A stretch of 64,000 nt of DNA from the human T2T-CHM13v2.0 reference genome, Homo sapiens: assembly GCF_009914755.1 (NCBI RefSeq), contig NC_060928.1. One strand, 5' to 3'. The position numbers were made by a program, and so were the translations under genes. The notes beneath the pieces were generated by a model. It made no database searches. It worked only from the letters and a program-made list of their open reading frames with translations, and had not been told where the DNA came from. Shown in pieces: positions 50,216 to 64,000 of the stretch; position 1 is the stretch's first letter; each line of letters starts with the position of its first letter.

Positions 50216-51863
50216 AAGGTGAAAAAATAAGCATTTATCCTGTCTGTATGCTATGAATTATGTTTCAGTTTATACTGAACTAACTGATGAGAAAAATTTC
50301 TCTGAACAAAAGAATCTCAGCTAATAAATGCAGAAGAACTAATAGAATTTTTTTTAAATCTCAATTTTTAAACCTTCACATGAATCATTTAAAGGTCATT
50401 AATCTGCTGTAAAATCATTAGATGAAAGTTTAGGAAATTTACAATGAAGGAATATGGCTGTTACCCCCCACCATCAATCTTAGTATTGTAAAACTAAAAC
50501 AACCAGATGAACCAAATGCCTTTTGATGTAATCAACATGAAAATGAACTACACAACCCCACCTATGAAGTATTCTTAAAAAAAAAAACTGAACCCATATC
50601 TGTTCAAGTCTTCAGGACTAATTTCTTGGCACTGAAAATAAAAAGCCACCAAGCAGACAATGCAAAGAAGCATTAGCCATATCCACAATGTGTAAAATTG
50701 ACCTGTTTTTTTTCAATAAGGCAATAGAATTCAGGGAAGGAGAAAAAAGAGGAGAAAACTGTTCTAAATTAAGAGATATTTAAAAAGAATTGTGAGATAG
50801 AACAACCCAGTAAAATGTGTGAACCTTGGTTGGAAGCTGATGTCATTAAACCTCTAATTAGTGGTAGTGGTTGTTTTTTTAAGGTTTTACATAATTGGGG
50901 AAATTTGAATACAGATTTAGAACTAGGTAATATGAAGGAATTATTGTTAATGCTGTTAGAGAAAACAATGGCATTTGTTTATGTAAGAAAATGTCCTTTG
51001 TTTTATTATTTTTAAAGAAAGCACATTAAAATATTTAAGGTTAATATAAAATGATTTCTGAAATTTGCTTTAAAATGCTCCAAAAATTTTTTTAATGCAG
51101 GAGGCATAAACAATATGGCAAAATATTTATAATTATTGAAATTAAGTACTTATTTGAAATTTTCAGTAGAGTTCAAAAAGAAAAAATTGGTAATGAAATT
51201 GCTGCAGATGCTGTCTCTGTGTAGGAAGAAAAAAATGGTAAACTTTGCTTTGTGGTCATCAGTTTGCCGTTGTTTGGGACCTTTTCATATCATAGTTTTT
51301 ACCCTTAAATTAAAAAAAAAAAAAACCAACCCCAATATCCTGTTTAAACAAACCAAGCTTCGCTTCTTAGCCACTCTGGTTTCACCACATAAACGATACT
51401 TTATTGTTTGAAGTTGTGCTGAGCTGTCTTTAACAGCTAAGTTTATCTACATATATAAATATTCTGACTGTAAATTTTGTTTTGTTGGGCTATACTAAAA
51501 TAACATGCAGAGAACTTGAACATGAAACACAAACGGTAAGAGGCAAAGATGCAGCAGTGGAAAAAAAGAGGAAAATTGAATTCAGAACAAACTGGATTTG
51601 ACATTTATGCTTCCCAGCTAAGAGACGTTGGTCTAATCAACCTATGTGAGCATTCCACTTCTCTTGGGCAGAATGGGACTATTGTGAAGACTGCATGAGC
51701 TAAGTCATGTGCTTTTTTAACTGTAATGCATCATACCAAGATAAAATATTATTAGCATGAAGAATGAATGCTGGCAATATTTCATGACTATTTTCATTTT
51801 ACAAAAGTGAAAAATTATTTACACTGATTTTTAAAAAGAATTAAAAATAATTTACAAAATTTA

Positions 51864-53068
<1,205 letters not shown>

Positions 53069-54597
53069 AATGGTAGAGAAAATAGATTATATTCCTGTGG
53101 GCACTGCTAGTACTTTCAATACTTTTATAATGGGCTCATCTGTATCTCTTTACTCTCATTTTTTCATTTTTTAATGGTCTCAATCTAGATGATTCTTTTC
53201 CCATTTAAAAAGCCATTATTTATTAATTGATTGATTCTTGAAAAGGCTAAACTTGTCAATGTTTCAACATTTAAAAGGCTAAAAAAAGTGGTATAGAGTG
53301 AAAATTCTCTCTCCCACTCCTATCCTTCAGTTGCTCAGCAATGTGTTTTCTCCATAGTTTCCCTGATCACCTGCTTTTGTTTACAAAGCTTTTGTTGCTT
53401 CCTCTATCTGAAATGTGCTTCAGATAGCTGTCAATTTTTGCACTTTACTTCTTCAAAATATGGCTCAATACTCTCCTTTAGTGAACATTCCCTGAGCCAC
53501 CATCTCCAAAATTGATCTCTTATTCCCCTTGATTCTGCATCATTGAATATGGTTTGTACCCTGCTTTCTTTAATATACTTTAAATTGCTAATGCTCCTAA
53601 ATTACTTTCATATTTTCTGGAATGATTTTAGATTTTTGAATAGCCTACAGATTTACAGTGCCTTGAAAGCAAGAAATGACTTTTATTTTATTTTTCCTAC
53701 GTAGCAGTCTGGATCTATGCAACTAGTTGGTGCCTAGTATCTTCTGTATCCTCAAAAATTATTAACTGGCATTTCTCAAAATTTGGTGCATATCAGAATC
53801 CTGGGGCCGAGAATGGAGGGGAGGTGGAAAGTGGGGAGCTTTTGAAACTCGTGAATGGTAGGATTCACCCCATACCAATTAAATCAGAGTCTCTTGGGAG
53901 TGAGATTTGAGCATAAACAGTATTTAAAACCTGCTGGATGACTTCAATGCACAGCTATGTTTTAAGAATCAGTGATCTAACCCACTCCCTGCCCTCAATT
54001 TCAGTGATGACCTCATTCCATGAGAATCTGCTCTTCCTACCAGTGTTATACAATTCTCCCTGCATCTGCACCCATCTTCTGCTTTTCCCCCACTACAGCT
54101 AAGAAAGAGTTCCTCTGCTTCCCATAGGCCTCCTTCCAGCTGCCACATTGTCTTTGCTCCCTTTCACAGAAACCTTTTCATGGGATTTTTCTTTGCAGGT
54201 GGTTGTCACTTTTTCACCTCCAAATCTCTCTTCAACCACTTATATTTGACTTTCATTCCCATCAGGCCTCCCAAATGGTTCTTGTCACTGTTAATTGCCA
54301 TGTTGCCAAACCCAAGGGTCAGTTTTCTTCCTTCTTTTTACCTCTCAGCAGCATGACCACACTTTCCACCAGATACTGCCATTTCTTGACTTCCAGGATA
54401 CCATATGGTTGCTTCTCTTCTCCTTTTATTGCTTTCTTTCATTTATTTTCTCTTCACTACCTGACTTCAAGATGGCACTTTCCCAGGGCTTGGTCCTAAG
54501 CCCTCCTCTTTCTCCACATATTTCCATGTACAACTTTTAAGTAGAGATGATTTCAGATAGTAGATGACTGAAAATTTTTTACCTTTATAGTTAAGTA

Positions 54598-54908
54598 CAG
54601 TTGTCTCTGGTTATCTCTGGAGATTGGTTCTACGAACCCCGGTGGATACCAAAATCATCAGATGCTCAAGTCGCTGATATTAAATGTTGTGGTATTTGCA
54701 TATAACCTATGCACATACTCCTGTGTACTTTAATCTCTAGATTACTTATAATACCTAATACAATATAAATAGTTGATACACTGTATTGTTTAGGAAATAA
54801 TGACAGGAAAGACATTCAGTACAAACACAATTTGTTTTCCAAATATTTTTGATCCACTGTTGGTTGAATCCATGGATGTGGAATCCACGGATACAGAGGG
54901 TCCACTAT
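54598..54908. mobile_element. MER2 DNA transposon
   Basis: Contains cagttgtctctggttatc...ggataccaaaatc...gatgctcaagtc...ccacggatacagagggt. Confidence 0.8.
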
Positions 54909-55676
54909 TTATTTCACCTTGACAGGTAAGCATTAGAAAAGACTACAACCTGAAAATCAAACTCACATTAAGGTTAGAAAGTGAAGAAGAGTGAGTTCAA
55001 ATAGCAAATCATATGGCAAATTTCAGAAAATCTGCTTTTTACACATCTCTTTTCTTTTCCTAAATTTCTTCTCAAGTTCACAGCTATCTTCACTCTTTCC
55101 AAAAGCCTCTATCTATGGTCAACCATTATATCTTCCCCTGGCCCCTTTATAATTTTTCCCCCAATCATACTCTCCAGCCTCTTGGTTCCATTCTCCCCCC
55201 TCTTCATTCATCTCTGGCAGAAGCACATCTTGCTGATGAGCTTCCAGATGCCCTGTATTGAAACTGCATATATTACTGAGAAGTTAGGTTTCACTTAACT
55301 GGGAAAGCTTCAAAATAGGGAACAAATACCTTGCAAGGAAGCCGTTGAAAATTTGCTGGATATAGAAGAGATACTCTGGGAAAGAAAGAGGTGTGGTAAT
55401 AAAACAATATACAAATATTTTAAATAATAAAGTCTGTCTTAGACTTGTTGTCTAAGAATCTAGGATAATTCACATTTAAGAATATTGGTATTCTTTGGGA
55501 GCCCAGGAGCCCCAAAAGCACCTGGGTCAAGATCAGAGCTGGCATCTTGATCACCAAGTTAACTTATTTTAGCATTACCAATATATAGTCTCTCTAATTA
55601 TTAGATTTGCATCTCTAAGATTCTAATATAATGGTCCTGATATAAAACTACTATTTTCTAATAGTTCTGTTAGAAT

Positions 55677-56031
<355 letters not shown>

Positions 56032-56445
56032 TAATAAAATAAAATTTGACCTAACAGAATATCTGCAATAATTCTATTTTTACTTAATAATTCTAGTAGT
56101 ACCTGCAGGTCATATTTAGATTATATATATTAGATTATAATAAAACTGCAAGCAGTATGTTGTTTTTGTATGACAGGAAATAAAATAATACAAATAACCA
56201 ATATCTTAATGATTAACCCATTTCTGTTTTTATCCTGGTACCAAATTTTGGCTTTGTTTTTGCCATTTTCAATGGCGTTCTTTAGTATGGGGAGCATTCA
56301 GTCATCTCTTTCCAGAATCAACAGACTGTATCACCAGATAAACTGCCAATGAGCCAGATAAATAGGATATAAATCCTCAGTTTCTTTAGAGTAAAAAAAA
56401 TACTAACTTATACATTTATGTAATGATTTTTAACAAGTCAGCCCT

Positions 56446-63499
<7,054 letters not shown>

Positions 63500-64000
63500 C
63501 AAATTAGCCCTAGCATTTGTGGAGGCATACATACTATATTCCTCAATATTTACATGTTTAAAGTTAACAAATTATTGAGTAAAATGTTTTATCATCCTAC
63601 ATTGACAAAATTATATTTATAACATTTTTAAATGTGAAGAACTATGTTACATTTAAATAGCTGCAAGTTAGTAAATGTAAAAGATGATTTATTTTAATTA
63701 TGCTTGGCATGTCTGGCCTTCTAGTGATAGGCCAGTGATGTTTGAATGGTATAAAGCAAAGATATATATAATGAATACATTATTATATATTTATTTCATA
63801 AGCATTTTTTTCTTCATTTTAGAAAAATTGCTAATTATGTTATAATCAATATTTTCATTTAATTTGTATTGACAGCATGCTAAATGAGAGGACATTGCTT
63901 GATTTATTAAAACTTTTTGATAGATTTTAAAATTAATTTTAATTGGCCAAACTATCACTCTGCTGAAACAATAACATCTGGAATTTTTAATGAAATTCTT

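Overview
Primate (almost certainly human, 4q23) genomic DNA, not microbial. It holds two genes in tandem on the minus strand, each with its own CpG island. H2AZ1 (H2AFZ, histone H2A.Z.1) is complete: 5 exons, 128 aa, CDS 35654->33946. DNAJB14 (ER-membrane Hsp40) starts about 1.5 kb downstream of the H2AZ1 poly(A) signal; only coding exons 1-3 are in the window (ATG at 32055, J-domain HPD motif in exon 3), and the gene continues past position 1. The rest is mostly repeats: about 28 Alus, L1 fragments, one near-full-length old L1PA at 56.4-63.5 kb, MaLR LTRs, MER2/MER46-type DNA transposons and MIR/L2. Repeat boundaries and subfamilies were called by eye and are approximate. I found no demonstrably new multi-gene system. 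The best leads are RNA-processing hypotheses read from exon phases and splice signals: (1) an in-frame H2AZ1 exon 4 -> DNAJB14 exon 2 read-through chimera; (2) a 318-nt DNAJB14 exon 2+3 circle with a stop-free ORF, bracketed by inverted Alus; (3) cryptic/poison exons and an intronic poly(A) option in DNAJB14; (4) a diverged ~187-bp local duplication ending at splice-acceptor-like sites. All of these need RNA data to confirm.
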